DNA of 64,000 nucleotides from Escherichia coli O157 typing phage 8: sequence record KP869106; one strand, 5' to 3'. Shown piece by piece: positions 54,436 to 64,000 of this stretch (position 1 is its first letter; each line of letters starts with the position of its first letter). The notes under the pieces were generated by a model. It saw only the letters and a program-made list of their open reading frames with translations, ran no database searches and was not told where the DNA came from. The position numbers and the translations under genes were made by a program.

Positions 54436-54767
54436 TGGGAACATTAACTATTGATGGTAAGAATAAAATCCTCGCCACGCTAACCCCAACGACTATTATT
54501 TTACACAATGTAGACCCAACGGCAGACCCTACAGCAAATAAGGTTACTCAGCCAGTGGCTATTTATTTTTCTGAACCGGATAACGGCTTAATTGCCTCAG
54601 AAGACACAGTTAATATTACTGTTCCAGCTTCTGCAACGGTCTCACACTATAGCTTGTGGGATGCTAACGATAAATGCGTGGCAACTGGTGCTCTTAGCAA
54701 ACCTCAATTCTTTGCTGAAGAAGGTATTTATGTTATCTCTTCAGTCTCTGTAGATTTAAACAAATAG
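54435..54767 (+). CDS. hypothetical structural-module protein
   Basis: ORF. Confidence 0.45.
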   Translation: MGTLTIDGKNKILATLTPTTIILHNVDPTADPTANKVTQPVAIYFSEPDNGLIASEDTVNITVPASATVSHYSLWDANDKCVATGALSKPQFFAEEGIYVISSVSVDLNK

Positions 54768-54778
54768 GGTGAGTAAAA

Positions 54779-56125
54779 ATGAGTTCGAATATCTTCAGAC
54801 TTGCTGATAGATTATTCAACCAACCTTTACTAGCCACTGAATCATTAGCTCACTCAGCAGCAACTTATGTGAATAACAGATTGCTGGGTGATGTCCAAGC
54901 AGCAGTAAACTTTGATAAACCCAAAGGTGAAGCAAGAAGTCTTTTAAAAGTAAAAGATGACATTGCTATTATCCCTATTATGGGTGGTTTAACTCATCGT
55001 ATGACGTTCATTGATGCAATGTGTACAGGTGGATTAAGCTCTTATGAGGGTTTACGTAGAGGCTTTGACGAAGCTTTAGCAGATGAGTCAATCAAGACTA
55101 TTGTTCTGCATATTGATTCTGGTGGTGGTGAAGCTTCAGGTTGCTTTGAATTAGCACGTCACATTATGGCTTCAAGAGGCCAAAAGAAAATTATTGCTTA
55201 TGTAGATGAGTTCGCTTGTTCCGCTGCATACGCTCTTGCATCTTCTGCTGAAGAAATTATTGCATCACCAGATGCAGATGTTGGTTCTATTGGTGTAATC
55301 ATGGTTCATCAGGAATTAACTAAGGCATTTGAAAAGAATGGCGTAACAATTAACGTCATCAAAGCTGGTGAGTTTAAAGGTATGGGTTCACCATTCCAAG
55401 CACTCTCAGAAGAAAGCAAAGAAAGACTTCAAAAGAGAATTAATGATACCTACGCAACCTTTACAGGTTTTGTAGCCGAATCTCGTAATCTCTCTGAAGA
55501 AGCTGTAAAGAATACTGAGGCGAATGTTTATTCTGCTCAGGAAGCTCTTGAACTTGGTTTAATTAACTCAATCATGTCTCAAGATGATTTCTTAAATTAC
55601 TTACAAGGTTCTGAAGAGGCTCCTGTAAGTTTAAACGTTAACAATTCAGGTGAAGAAATGACTGAACAAGAAAAGCAAGAACTAGAGGCTTTGCGTCTTC
55701 AGGTTGCTCAAATGAAAGCCAAAGAACAGGAAGCTGCTTTGTCAGATTTGACTAATAAGATTTCTGCTTCTGCTGAAGCTTTTGGATTTGATGCAAAAGA
55801 AGCTGCAACGACTATTTTAGGTGCTGGTCTTGATAACCCTCTGAGTGTTCTGTTTATGAATGCTATGGAAGGTGCTAACCAGAAACTTAATGAAACTATC
55901 GCGTCCCATGCTTCTGCAATGGAAGAAAAAGAATCAGAAATTACCAAGCTGAAAGAAACTGCTGGTGCTGTTCTTGAGCATTCTAATGCTATGGAAGAAA
56001 TGGGTAATAACGGTGAAGCTGATTTGGTTGAAGAAGAAAAAGAACCAGCTAAGAATGCTTCCGAAGACACCGCTGAACAACGCAAACTGGCTCTCCAGAA
56101 TGCTCTAAAATCTCTTATCAAATAA
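54779..56125 (+). CDS. prohead protease (S49/ClpP-like) with C-terminal scaffold-like region
   Basis: LHIDSGGGEASG S49-type motif; C-terminal ~180 aa helical, A/E/K-rich. Confidence 0.7.
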   Translation: MSSNIFRLADRLFNQPLLATESLAHSAATYVNNRLLGDVQAAVNFDKPKGEARSLLKVKDDIAIIPIMGGLTHRMTFIDAMCTGGLSSYEGLRRGFDEALADESIKTIVLHIDSGGGEASGCFELARHIMASRGQKKIIAYVDEFACSAAYALASSAEEIIASPDADVGSIGVIMVHQELTKAFEKNGVTINVIKAGEFKGMGSPFQALSEESKERLQKRINDTYATFTGFVAESRNLSEEAVKNTEANVYSAQEALELGLINSIMSQDDFLNYLQGSEEAPVSLNVNNSGEEMTEQEKQELEALRLQVAQMKAKEQEAALSDLTNKISASAEAFGFDAKEAATTILGAGLDNPLSVLFMNAMEGANQKLNETIASHASAMEEKESEITKLKETAGAVLEHSNAMEEMGNNGEADLVEEEKEPAKNASEDTAEQRKLALQNALKSLIK

Positions 56126-56136
56126 GGAACACAATA

Positions 56137-56514
56137 ATGGCATATCAAGGTTTTACTAAGTTAGGTAACAGAGAACCTCTGAATGATATCATTCTTTGGG
56201 AACAGATTACCCCAACAGGCCACTCTCGTAAAGAGTACACTCCAGTTGCTTCAACAGAATACCGTGTAGGTGAAGTTCTGAAAGCAGATGGTACTAAGGT
56301 ACAAGCTGGAGAAGAAGCCCAAGCAGACTCTGTATGTATCGTTAATTTCTACGCAGACCTGCAACTGTCTTATCATGGTCAGTTGAAAGTGGTAGGTATC
56401 CACCGTGATGCAGAACTGAAAGACCTGCTTACTCTTGAAGCGAGCGTTGATGCTGCTGCCGTCAAGACAGCTCTGGCTGCTAAAGGTATTGATTTCGTAC
56501 CAACTGGCCTGTAA
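56137..56514 (+). CDS. head decoration protein (lambda gpD-like, tentative)
   Basis: 125 aa ORF between protease and major capsid gene. Confidence 0.5.
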   Translation: MAYQGFTKLGNREPLNDIILWEQITPTGHSRKEYTPVASTEYRVGEVLKADGTKVQAGEEAQADSVCIVNFYADLQLSYHGQLKVVGIHRDAELKDLLTLEASVDAAAVKTALAAKGIDFVPTGL

Positions 56515-56547
56515 TAACAATAATAAGACATTCTGGAGAATTTTACA

Positions 56548-57654
56548 ATGTTGACTAATTCTGAAAAAAGCAGATTTTTCCTTGCTGACCTGACTGGTGA
56601 AGTCCAGTCTATCCCAAATACTTATGGGTATATTTCCAACTTAGGTCTGTTCCGTTCAGCACCAATCACCCAAACTACTTTCCTTATGGACTTGACTGAT
56701 TGGGATGTTAGCTTGCTTGATGCGGTAGACCGCGATAGCCGTAAAGCAGAGACTAGCGCACCTGAGCGTGTTCGTCAAATCAGCTTCCCAATGATGTACT
56801 TCAAAGAAGTTGAAAGCATTACTCCTGATGAGATTCAGGGTGTACGTCAGCCAGGAACTGCAAACGAACTGACTACTGAAGCTGTAGTACGTGCTAAGAA
56901 GCTGATGAAGATTCGTACCAAGTTCGATATTACTCGTGAGTTCCTGTTTATGCAAGCTCTGAAGGGTAAAGTTGTTGATGCTCGTGGTACTCTGTATGCT
57001 GACCTGTACAAGCAGTTCGACGTTGAGAAGAAGACTGTTTACTTCGACCTTGACAACCCTAATGCTGACATTGATGCTGCTATTGAAGAACTGCGTATGC
57101 ACATGGAAGACGAAGCTAAGACTGGCACTGTAATCAACGGTGAAGAAATTCACGTAGTTGTTGACCGCTTATTCTTCAGCAAACTGGTTAAACACCCTAA
57201 GATTCGTGACGCTTATCTTGCACAGCAGACTCCGCTGGCTTGGCAACAGATTACTGGTTCTCTGAGAACTGGTGGTACTGACGGCGTTCAGGCTCACATG
57301 AACACTTTCTACTACGGTGGTGTTAAGTTTGTCCAGTACAACGGTAAGTTCAAAGACAAGCGTGGTAAGGTTCACACTCTGGTGAGCATTGATAGTGTAG
57401 CAGCAACTGTTGGTGTAGGTCATGCTTTCCCTAACGTTTCTATGCTGGGTGAAGCTAACAACATCTTCGAAGTGGCATATGGTCCATGCCCTAAGATGGG
57501 TTATGCAAATACACTTGGTCAGGAACTGTACGTATTCGAATACGAAAAAGACCGTGACGAAGGTATTGACTTTGAAGCTCACTCTTACATGCTGCCATAC
57601 TGCACACGTCCTCAGTTGCTGGTAGACGTTCGTTCTGACGCTAAACCAGACTAA
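56548..57654 (+). CDS. major capsid protein (lambda gpE-like family, tentative)
   Basis: 368 aa ORF after protease and decoration genes; no cleavable delta-domain evident. Confidence 0.7.
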   Translation: MLTNSEKSRFFLADLTGEVQSIPNTYGYISNLGLFRSAPITQTTFLMDLTDWDVSLLDAVDRDSRKAETSAPERVRQISFPMMYFKEVESITPDEIQGVRQPGTANELTTEAVVRAKKLMKIRTKFDITREFLFMQALKGKVVDARGTLYADLYKQFDVEKKTVYFDLDNPNADIDAAIEELRMHMEDEAKTGTVINGEEIHVVVDRLFFSKLVKHPKIRDAYLAQQTPLAWQQITGSLRTGGTDGVQAHMNTFYYGGVKFVQYNGKFKDKRGKVHTLVSIDSVAATVGVGHAFPNVSMLGEANNIFEVAYGPCPKMGYANTLGQELYVFEYEKDRDEGIDFEAHSYMLPYCTRPQLLVDVRSDAKPD

Positions 57655-57675
57655 TATTCTTAAGGAGGGTTATGA

Positions 57676-58125
57676 ATGTGCTATACAGGCGACCCAGCCA
57701 ATAACCCTCTTGATAGAGTAAGAATCCTCTGCACAGACACCAATAATGATGAAATTCTTATTGAACAGTCTGTGCTAGAGTGGTTCTATCTAGAATCTGG
57801 AAAGGATGAAAAGAAAGCAGCCATCAAAGCTCTTAAATATTTACTCTTTCAAGTAGCCAAGATGGGAGATGAGAAGGTTGGTGGTGTTTATTTACGTAAC
57901 TCTTCCAGATTCAAATCTCTGAAAGCTGTTTATGACGACCTTGTTAAAAGCTCTGTTTCAGGACTACCCTATGCAGGTGGTATTAATCAGTGCGACATTG
58001 ATATGCGTCGTCAAAATCCTTGCTCTGTCAAGAAATACACAGAATATGGTGATGCTGCCAGATACGAAGGCAGAGATTACTGCAACCGTGTTAATGGCGT
58101 ATTTATTATCGAGCGAGATGAATAA
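57676..58125 (+). CDS. hypothetical head-tail connector-region protein
   Basis: ORF between capsid and tail genes. Confidence 0.4.
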   Translation: MCYTGDPANNPLDRVRILCTDTNNDEILIEQSVLEWFYLESGKDEKKAAIKALKYLLFQVAKMGDEKVGGVYLRNSSRFKSLKAVYDDLVKSSVSGLPYAGGINQCDIDMRRQNPCSVKKYTEYGDAARYEGRDYCNRVNGVFIIERDE

Positions 58126-58607
58126 TGGTTAAAAGGGTTATTCACCCCGCTAGAGCAAAATTAGTCGGGGCTATGAAGAACTTGCAAACGGCTAATGCTC
58201 AAGTTGGGTATTTTCAAGAACAAGGTCAACATAGCTCTGGTTTTTCTTATCCTGCTTTAATGTATTTACAAGAAGTTATTGGGGTTCCTTCAGCTTCTGG
58301 TAAAGTATATCGTAGGTTGTTTGAAATCACTATGATGCTAAACAGACAGACCTTGTTAGAGCAGACTAAGAAGAATCTCTATAAGCAACTTAGCAGTCTC
58401 AACACAGACCCTTCAAATACTTTAGAAGCATTTGCAAAGAATGCTCAGAAGGCAATTAAAAGGGGTTTTGGTAATTCTGCTATCCTCCCTCCTAACGCAC
58501 CTTCCACAGTCAAGAAAAAAGGCTTTAACGCACCTCTTGTTGAGACAGGTGACTTAAGAGATAACCTTGCTTATAAAATTTCTACTAAGAAGGGTATTAA
58601 GAAATGA
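58125..58607 (+). CDS. hypothetical head-tail joining protein
   Basis: ORF with overlapping start. Confidence 0.4.
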   Translation: MVKRVIHPARAKLVGAMKNLQTANAQVGYFQEQGQHSSGFSYPALMYLQEVIGVPSASGKVYRRLFEITMMLNRQTLLEQTKKNLYKQLSSLNTDPSNTLEAFAKNAQKAIKRGFGNSAILPPNAPSTVKKKGFNAPLVETGDLRDNLAYKISTKKGIKK

Positions 58608-59005
58608 GACTCTTAAACAGACACAGCTTTGTAGTAAAGCGTAAAGTCTCTGAAGACGGTTATTACAATGATGATGGTGATTGGGTAGCTTCACAAGATA
58701 TTGTAGAGGTTAACTGCAAAGGTAATATCCAGCCATATATCAAAGGTTCTGTAAAGAACGGTACACAGATTGCTTTACCGGAAGGTATCAGGCTTACCGA
58801 TACAAGAATCCTGTATACTACATATAAACTTAGAACTTCAGATGATGTAGAGTGGAATGAGTCTGACATTGTTATGATTGATGGTCATGAGTATGAAGTA
58901 TTTATGACTATGGATTGGTCACAGCAATTAGCCCATACGTCCCATTATGAATATATCATTATTAGAAGGGATAAAATGAATGCAGTTAGAAACAGCAGAA
59001 CTTGA
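58604..59005 (+). CDS. hypothetical head-tail joining protein
   Basis: ORF. Confidence 0.4.
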   Translation: MRLLNRHSFVVKRKVSEDGYYNDDGDWVASQDIVEVNCKGNIQPYIKGSVKNGTQIALPEGIRLTDTRILYTTYKLRTSDDVEWNESDIVMIDGHEYEVFMTMDWSQQLAHTSHYEYIIIRRDKMNAVRNSRT

Positions 59006-59579
59006 AAAAGGTCTAGTTAGAACCTTAGTGGATGTTATTGGTCACAGACTAGCTCGTGATAAAAATAATAGACCAAATGTAATTAGAGCTTACCCTTCTG
59101 ATAACTCAAATGACAAAGGTTTAAAACCTGACCAGCCATTTATTACCGTATATTGTCAAGATGCTGCAACACCTTATGGTTGGGTTCTTGATAAGTTTGT
59201 TGAGGATGATGTAGTTTGCTACAGAATTGCTTTTCAGATTCCAGTATTAATTACGGTAAATGGTAAAGGTGCTCACAGTATTATGCTTGAGCTTAAACAA
59301 CGATTAGAGATGAGTTCAGTCAGAGATTTAATTCTTGAAGAGACAGGAGCTACAGTTTTAGACACTGGAGCTATCCCGAATGACTATACCTATCTCAATA
59401 CAGATTTCGAAAATTCTGCGCCTCTTGTTGTAACTCTTGTAAAAAATTCAGTCCTGAAAGATGAACGTGGGGGAATTATTGAACGTGTCATTGTTGATGG
59501 TGAATTAGTTTACGAAGAAGGACAAGAGCCACCAGAATATACTATCCATCTAGATGTAGACTCCAAAGGGGTAAAATAA
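58980..59579 (+). CDS. hypothetical tail-completion protein
   Basis: ORF. Confidence 0.4.
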   Translation: MQLETAELEKGLVRTLVDVIGHRLARDKNNRPNVIRAYPSDNSNDKGLKPDQPFITVYCQDAATPYGWVLDKFVEDDVVCYRIAFQIPVLITVNGKGAHSIMLELKQRLEMSSVRDLILEETGATVLDTGAIPNDYTYLNTDFENSAPLVVTLVKNSVLKDERGGIIERVIVDGELVYEEGQEPPEYTIHLDVDSKGVK

Positions 59580-60932
59580 ATGTGGAATCCAATTGTTAAT
59601 GTAGATATTACATTGAACACCGCAGGAACTACAAGAGAAGGTTTTGGGCTACCACTATTTTTAGCTTCAACAGATAACTTTGAAGAAAGAGTCCGTGGTT
59701 ACACTTCCTTAACTGAAGTTGCTGAAGATTTCGATGAAAACTCTGCTGCATATAAGGCTGCTAAACAACTTTGGAGTCAGACTCCTAAAGTAACTCAGCT
59801 TTATATTGGTAGACGTGCTATGCAGTACACTGTATCAATTCCTGATGAGGTTACTGAGAGCACCGACTATTCTTTAACTGTAGCTGTGAGCGGTGGAGTT
59901 TCTCAGCCATTCCAGTACACTTCACAGTCAGAAGATACTGCTGAGAAGGTGCTACAGCAGCTTAAAACTCAGATTGAAGCAGAGCCTTCTGTAAAAGACC
60001 TTGTTACCGTCAATGTAACTGGTGCTGGTGGTTCAGCAACAATGGTAATCACCAAAGCGGGTGACAATGACTTCGTGAAGGTTACCACTACAGCACAAAC
60101 AGTGTCAATTGCAAGTACAACTGCTGACACAGCATCGACTGCTCTGGCAGCTATTGAGGCTTATTCAACTGACTGGTATTTCATTGCAGCAGAAGATAGA
60201 ACTCAACAGTTTGTCTTAGCAATGGCTTCTGAGATTCAAGCTCGTAAGAAGATTTTCTTTACAGCTAACTCTGATGTAACAGCCCTACAAGGTACAGAAT
60301 TAGCCAGTGCAAATGATGTTCCAGCACAGCTTGCTAAGAGTCAGTACACTCGTACCGTTTGCTTGTGGCATCACACAGCAGCAGAAGACTATCCAGAAAT
60401 GGCATACATTGCTTATGGCGCTCCGTATGATGCAGGTTCAATTGCTTGGGGTAACGCACAGTTAACTGGCGTAGCTGCTTCTCTACAGCCATCTAATCAG
60501 AGACCTCTGACAAGTATTCAGAAGTCAGCTTTAGATGCACGTCACTGTAACTTTATTGACCTTGATGGTGGTGTTCCAGTGGTTCGTAGAGGGATTACTT
60601 CTGGTGGGGAATGGATTGATATCATCCGTGGTGTTGACTGGTTAGAATCAGACCTGAAAACTTCTCTGAGAGACTTGCTAATTAACCAGAAGGGTGGTAA
60701 GATTACTTATGATGATACTGGTATTACCCGTATTCGTCAAGTCATTGAAACCTCTCTGCAAAGAGCAGTCAACAGAAACTTCCTGTCATCTTACACAGTT
60801 AATGTTCCTAAAGCCTCTCAAGTTGCTTTGGCAGACAAGAAAGCTCGTATCCTGAAAGACGTTACCTTCTCAGGTATCTTAGCAGGGGCTATCTTGGATG
60901 TTGACTTGAAAGGTACAGTGGCTTACGAATAA
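59580..60932 (+). CDS. tail sheath-like protein or major tail protein
   Basis: 450 aa; followed by ~148 aa tube-like ORF, chaperone pair and tape measure gene, the usual contractile-tail order. Confidence 0.45.
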   Translation: MWNPIVNVDITLNTAGTTREGFGLPLFLASTDNFEERVRGYTSLTEVAEDFDENSAAYKAAKQLWSQTPKVTQLYIGRRAMQYTVSIPDEVTESTDYSLTVAVSGGVSQPFQYTSQSEDTAEKVLQQLKTQIEAEPSVKDLVTVNVTGAGGSATMVITKAGDNDFVKVTTTAQTVSIASTTADTASTALAAIEAYSTDWYFIAAEDRTQQFVLAMASEIQARKKIFFTANSDVTALQGTELASANDVPAQLAKSQYTRTVCLWHHTAAEDYPEMAYIAYGAPYDAGSIAWGNAQLTGVAASLQPSNQRPLTSIQKSALDARHCNFIDLDGGVPVVRRGITSGGEWIDIIRGVDWLESDLKTSLRDLLINQKGGKITYDDTGITRIRQVIETSLQRAVNRNFLSSYTVNVPKASQVALADKKARILKDVTFSGILAGAILDVDLKGTVAYE

Positions 60933-60947
60933 TAGAGGTAAATTGGA

Positions 60948-61394
60948 ATGGCTATGTATCAGCAATATTCCCCTAAAGACGTTGTGTGTAGCTGGAATGG
61001 TATTGCCATTGAAGGCTTTGCCCCAGACTCATTCTTACGTCTACAGAGAACATCACCACTTGTGACACCAGTTGTAGGTGCAGGTGGTCAAGTTGCTCTG
61101 ACAAGAAATGCAGACAAGACAGGTACTATTGAGATTGAGCTAATGCAGACTTCTCTCTCTAACCAGATGCTTTCTGCAATTCAAGCTAAACAAGACAATA
61201 TGGAACTTGAAGAAGATATCTCTTCTAACTTCGTAATCTACGACCCATCAGGCTCTGTTCTGGCAACTGGTATTAATGCTTGGTTGCAGGAATTACCACA
61301 GATTGAACTTGGTCGTGACCAGAACTCTAAAACTTGGATTTTTGGTTGTGAGAAGCTAGACTACACTTCTACAATTCCAGCGTCAAGTGTTTAA
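60948..61394 (+). CDS. tail tube-like protein
   Basis: 148 aa ORF between sheath-like and chaperone ORFs. Confidence 0.4.
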   Translation: MAMYQQYSPKDVVCSWNGIAIEGFAPDSFLRLQRTSPLVTPVVGAGGQVALTRNADKTGTIEIELMQTSLSNQMLSAIQAKQDNMELEEDISSNFVIYDPSGSVLATGINAWLQELPQIELGRDQNSKTWIFGCEKLDYTSTIPASSV

Positions 61395-61406
61395 TAAATC
61401 CTATAA

Positions 61407-61438
61407 GGGGGAGACTTTAAAAGGTCTTCCCCTTTTTT
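61407..61438 (+). terminator. putative terminator / attenuator after tube gene
   Basis: GGGGGAGAC...GTCTTCCCC hairpin followed by TTTTTT. Confidence 0.5.
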
Positions 61439-61467
61439 GTTTCTTTTAAAAGTATTAAGGAATCACA

Positions 61468-61866
61468 ATGAAAACAGAATTTAGAGTAATTAATGGTAAG
61501 AAAGTAAATATCGTTCTGCTTGGGGCGAGAGATGGTATTAAGATGTCTATGAAGTTGGGTAAAATTGTTGTTCCAACCTTTGCACAGATGCTGTCAAGTC
61601 TGACTGATAAAGACAAGAAAGAAGCTCCAATGGTTCCATTTAAAGAACTTGTTGAAGCTTGTTTTGACAGAATTGAAGAAATTAACCTTGAAGAGATGGC
61701 AACCTTATTATTTCAAGGGGCAACTGTTGATGACTTCCCACTAAATATTGATACCTATTTCCAAGCAAACTACGGTGAATTTATTGACTACTTAGCATTT
61801 GCGCTGGAGGCAAACTTCGGAAGTTTTTTCGAAGCAAGCATTTTCAAAAGCCTAACTTCTCAGTAA
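61468..61866 (+). CDS. tail assembly chaperone (gpG-like, by position)
   Basis: 132 aa acidic ORF directly upstream of tape measure gene. Confidence 0.4.
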   Translation: MKTEFRVINGKKVNIVLLGARDGIKMSMKLGKIVVPTFAQMLSSLTDKDKKEAPMVPFKELVEACFDRIEEINLEEMATLLFQGATVDDFPLNIDTYFQANYGEFIDYLAFALEANFGSFFEASIFKSLTSQ

Positions 61867-61868
61867 AC

Positions 61869-62108
61869 ATGGGTAACACTCTACAGACACCACTAACTGA
61901 TGCTGCTGTAGAGGCAACCTATGAAGAAGCAGACGAGATGAAATTTGTGCTTGCTATTTATGGTATGGAAGGGTGTAAAGAAACACTTGACCAACTCTTT
62001 GCTATGACATTCTCTGATTTATTATCATTGAGACAATTTCTTGAGATTCAGAGGTCGTATAAAGAGGAAATTGCTTACAACGAACTTAGAAGAGCAGGAA
62101 AAATGTAA
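61869..62108 (+). CDS. tail assembly chaperone extension (possible frameshift product)
   Basis: 79 aa ORF in another frame immediately after chaperone ORF. Confidence 0.35.
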   Translation: MGNTLQTPLTDAAVEATYEEADEMKFVLAIYGMEGCKETLDQLFAMTFSDLLSLRQFLEIQRSYKEEIAYNELRRAGKM

Positions 62109-64000
62109 TGGCACAATATACAGTTGATAGCTTCATTGTGGAACTTGGTTTTAGTGAAAAGGTTGTTAAGGGCTTGCAAAGAGTTGAGAAGATGTCTATG
62201 CAAGCTGCTCAACGTATTGAGAGAAATATTAATAAGGCCTTTGATGTGAAACCTAATAAAAGTTCTCAGGAAGCACTTAATAGAATTGTAAAAAATGCTC
62301 AGTCTGCTTCGGGCAGAATCAATAAAGCACTCAACAGTTCCTTGAACCTTGATTCACAAGGTGCTAAATCTCTTAAAAGGCTTGAAACTCAAGCAAAAAA
62401 GACTGCAAAGGGTATTAACAAGTCCTTAAGAGATGCTATGAAGGTTGACGGTAAAGTTACTATTAAGACAGGTAGAGGAAGAGGTGGACAGAACATCCCT
62501 CCTGTTGGTGGTGGAGCACCCAGAGGTCCGAGAGTAGATGTTGCTCAGAGACAAATGGAAAGAATGTTTAATAATAACTTCTATTCAGGGTTAACCCGTA
62601 GACTGGAAACAATCGGTGGTCAAGGTAACCAAATGGCAGCCTCTTTCAGAGGGAGCTTGCAAAATATCTACAACAGATATAAAGGTACTGGTAAAGTTGG
62701 TGAGTATGAGATGGAAGTTAAAAAGCTCATCGACGTAACCAAACGTTGGGTTATTGCAGAAAATGCTAGACTGAAATCAGTTAAAGAATCAGCTTGGCTA
62801 CAGGATAGAGCCAACGCATCATTACGTCAATTAGTTGGTGGTTTTGTTTCAGCTTACGCTTTACTGGAACTATCACAAAAGACTATTGAGGCTGGTGTAA
62901 AAAGACAATCTGCACAGTTAGCCTCTACAGCTATCTTTGGAGCAGATACACAGCAAGCCAGAATGTTCGCTGCATCATTCGCACACCAGATTGGTCAGAA
63001 CTACACAGATACCATGAAGCAGTACTCAAACTTCGCTGCTGGTGCTCAACCAACACTTGGTTTTCAGGGTACTCAAGAGTTCTATAAGAATGCTGCAATG
63101 TTTGCCCGTATCAGGGGTGCTACTGATGAAGACTTGAAAGGTATCATGGTTGCATTCCAGCAGATGGCATCAAAAGGTAAAGTTCAGGCTGAAGAACTTC
63201 GTGGACAGTTAGGTGACCGTTTAGCAGGTGCTGTACAGCTATTCGCTGATGCTATTGGTAAGACTCCACAAGAGCTTGATAAGATGATGCAAGACGGTAA
63301 ACTTCTTGCTCAAGACGTTCTTCCTAAAGTATCTGAAAGAATGGCTGAACTTGTCAAGCAAGCAGGTGGCATGAACGCCGTGTCTAAGCAGACCGCTACA
63401 TCAATGGGTCAAGCTAAGGCAATGTGGGATAACACACTTGTAGCATTGTTTAACAACTCTAGTGAAGGTATTTCACAGTTATCTAACTCTGTTGCAATGT
63501 TCTTACAAGGTTCATTGGGTAGTACACAGGCTTTGGGTGTTGTGATTGGGAACCTGTTAAAAGGTGCTAGTAATCTGCTTGACTTCGTTACAGACTTCAT
63601 GTACAGAACATCTGCATTATACTACTATGCAAGAGCTTGGTATAAAGACCTTGACAACAGTCAGCAAAAACTAATCAAAAGTGCTGGTGAATTTCTGGGA
63701 ACAGTCGTGACAATTGGCGGTGCAGTTGCTGTAGTATCAAAATCAGTCAAGCTCCTAAGTGGTTTGGTTGGTGGTGGCATCTTTGGCAAAATCTTACAAA
63801 GACTTGGTGTTAGTGCAGCAGGTACAGCAGCAGCAGGAGAAGCAGCCGCAGCGGCAGGTGGAGTTACAGCAACGAGAATGGCACTTGGTACTGTTGGCTC
63901 TGCATTGATGCTAAGAGGCTCTACAGACCCGAATGCTGCTAAAAACTACAGTGAAGTAACATTACCAAAACCATTTGAAAATGCTGTTGCAAATATCACT
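62108..64000 (+). CDS. tail tape measure protein (partial, runs off window end)
   Basis: Open frame from ATG at about 62108 to window end; long helical A/Q/K-rich N-terminus, Gly-rich hydrophobic segments. Confidence 0.8.
   Translation, partial: MAQYTVDSFIVELGFSEKVVKGLQRVEKMSMQAAQRIERNINKAFDVKPNKSSQEALNRIVKNAQSASGRINKALNSSLNLDSQGAKSLKRLETQAKKTAKGINKSLRDAMKVDGKVTIKTGRGRGGQNIPPVGGGAPRGPRVDVAQRQMERMFNNNFYSGLTRRLETIGGQGNQMAASFRGSLQNIYNRYKGTGKVGEYEMEVKKLIDVTKRWVIAENARLKSVKESAWLQDRANASLRQLVGGFVSAYALLELSQKTIEAGVKRQSAQLASTAIFGADTQQARMFAASFAHQIGQNYTDTMKQYSNFAAGAQPTLGFQGTQEFYKNAAMFARIRGATDEDLKGIMVAFQQMASKGKVQAEELRGQLGDRLAGAVQLFADAIGKTPQELDKMMQDGKLLAQDVLPKVSERMAELVKQAGGMNAVSKQTATSMGQAKAMWDNTLVALFNNSSEGISQLSNSVAMFLQGSLGSTQALGVVIGNLLKGASNLLDFVTDFMYRTSALYYYARAWYKDLDNSQQKLIKSAGEFLGTVVTIGGAVAVVSKSVKLLSGLVGGGIFGKILQRLGVSAAGTAAAGEAAAAAGGVTATRMALGTVGSALMLRGSTDPNAAKNYSEVTLPKPFENAVANIT

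Overview
The window reads as a contiguous slice of a large, AT-rich virulent dsDNA phage genome, called by eye from motifs and gene order; no searches were run. Left to right: (1) a replication and nucleotide-metabolism block on the + strand (SSB-like protein, flap endonuclease, HNH-AP2 and GIY-YIG endonucleases, class Ia RNR nrdA/nrdB, glutaredoxin, class III RNR nrdD/nrdG); (2) an adjacent PRPP-synthetase-like plus NAMPT-like pair, which matches the phage NAD+ reconstitution (NARP1-type) anti-defence layout; (3) rIIA/rIIB, a secreted lytic transglycosylase, a spanin-like overlapped pair and a macro-domain protein; (4) an array of 14 small genes, each behind one of two conserved promoter/leader cassettes; (5) a 1.6 kb gene-free stretch (about 32790-34400) packed with short degenerate repeats, possibly a genome terminus, packaging site or origin; (6) a leftward block of small unknown genes with a T4-type lysozyme and an Ig-like repeat protein; (7) a Ro60/TROVE-vWA-like protein directly upstream of a cluster of about 27 tRNAs that also contains an HNH endonuclease, embedded ORFs, a repeat family and several aberrant tRNA-like elements; (8) a structural module with terminase, portal, S49 protease/scaffold, decoration protein, lambda-E-like capsid protein, sheath-like and tube-like proteins, chaperones and a partial tape measure gene. 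An N-run at 503-512 is an assembly gap. Coordinates of RNA and regulatory features were counted by hand and may be off by 1-2 nt.
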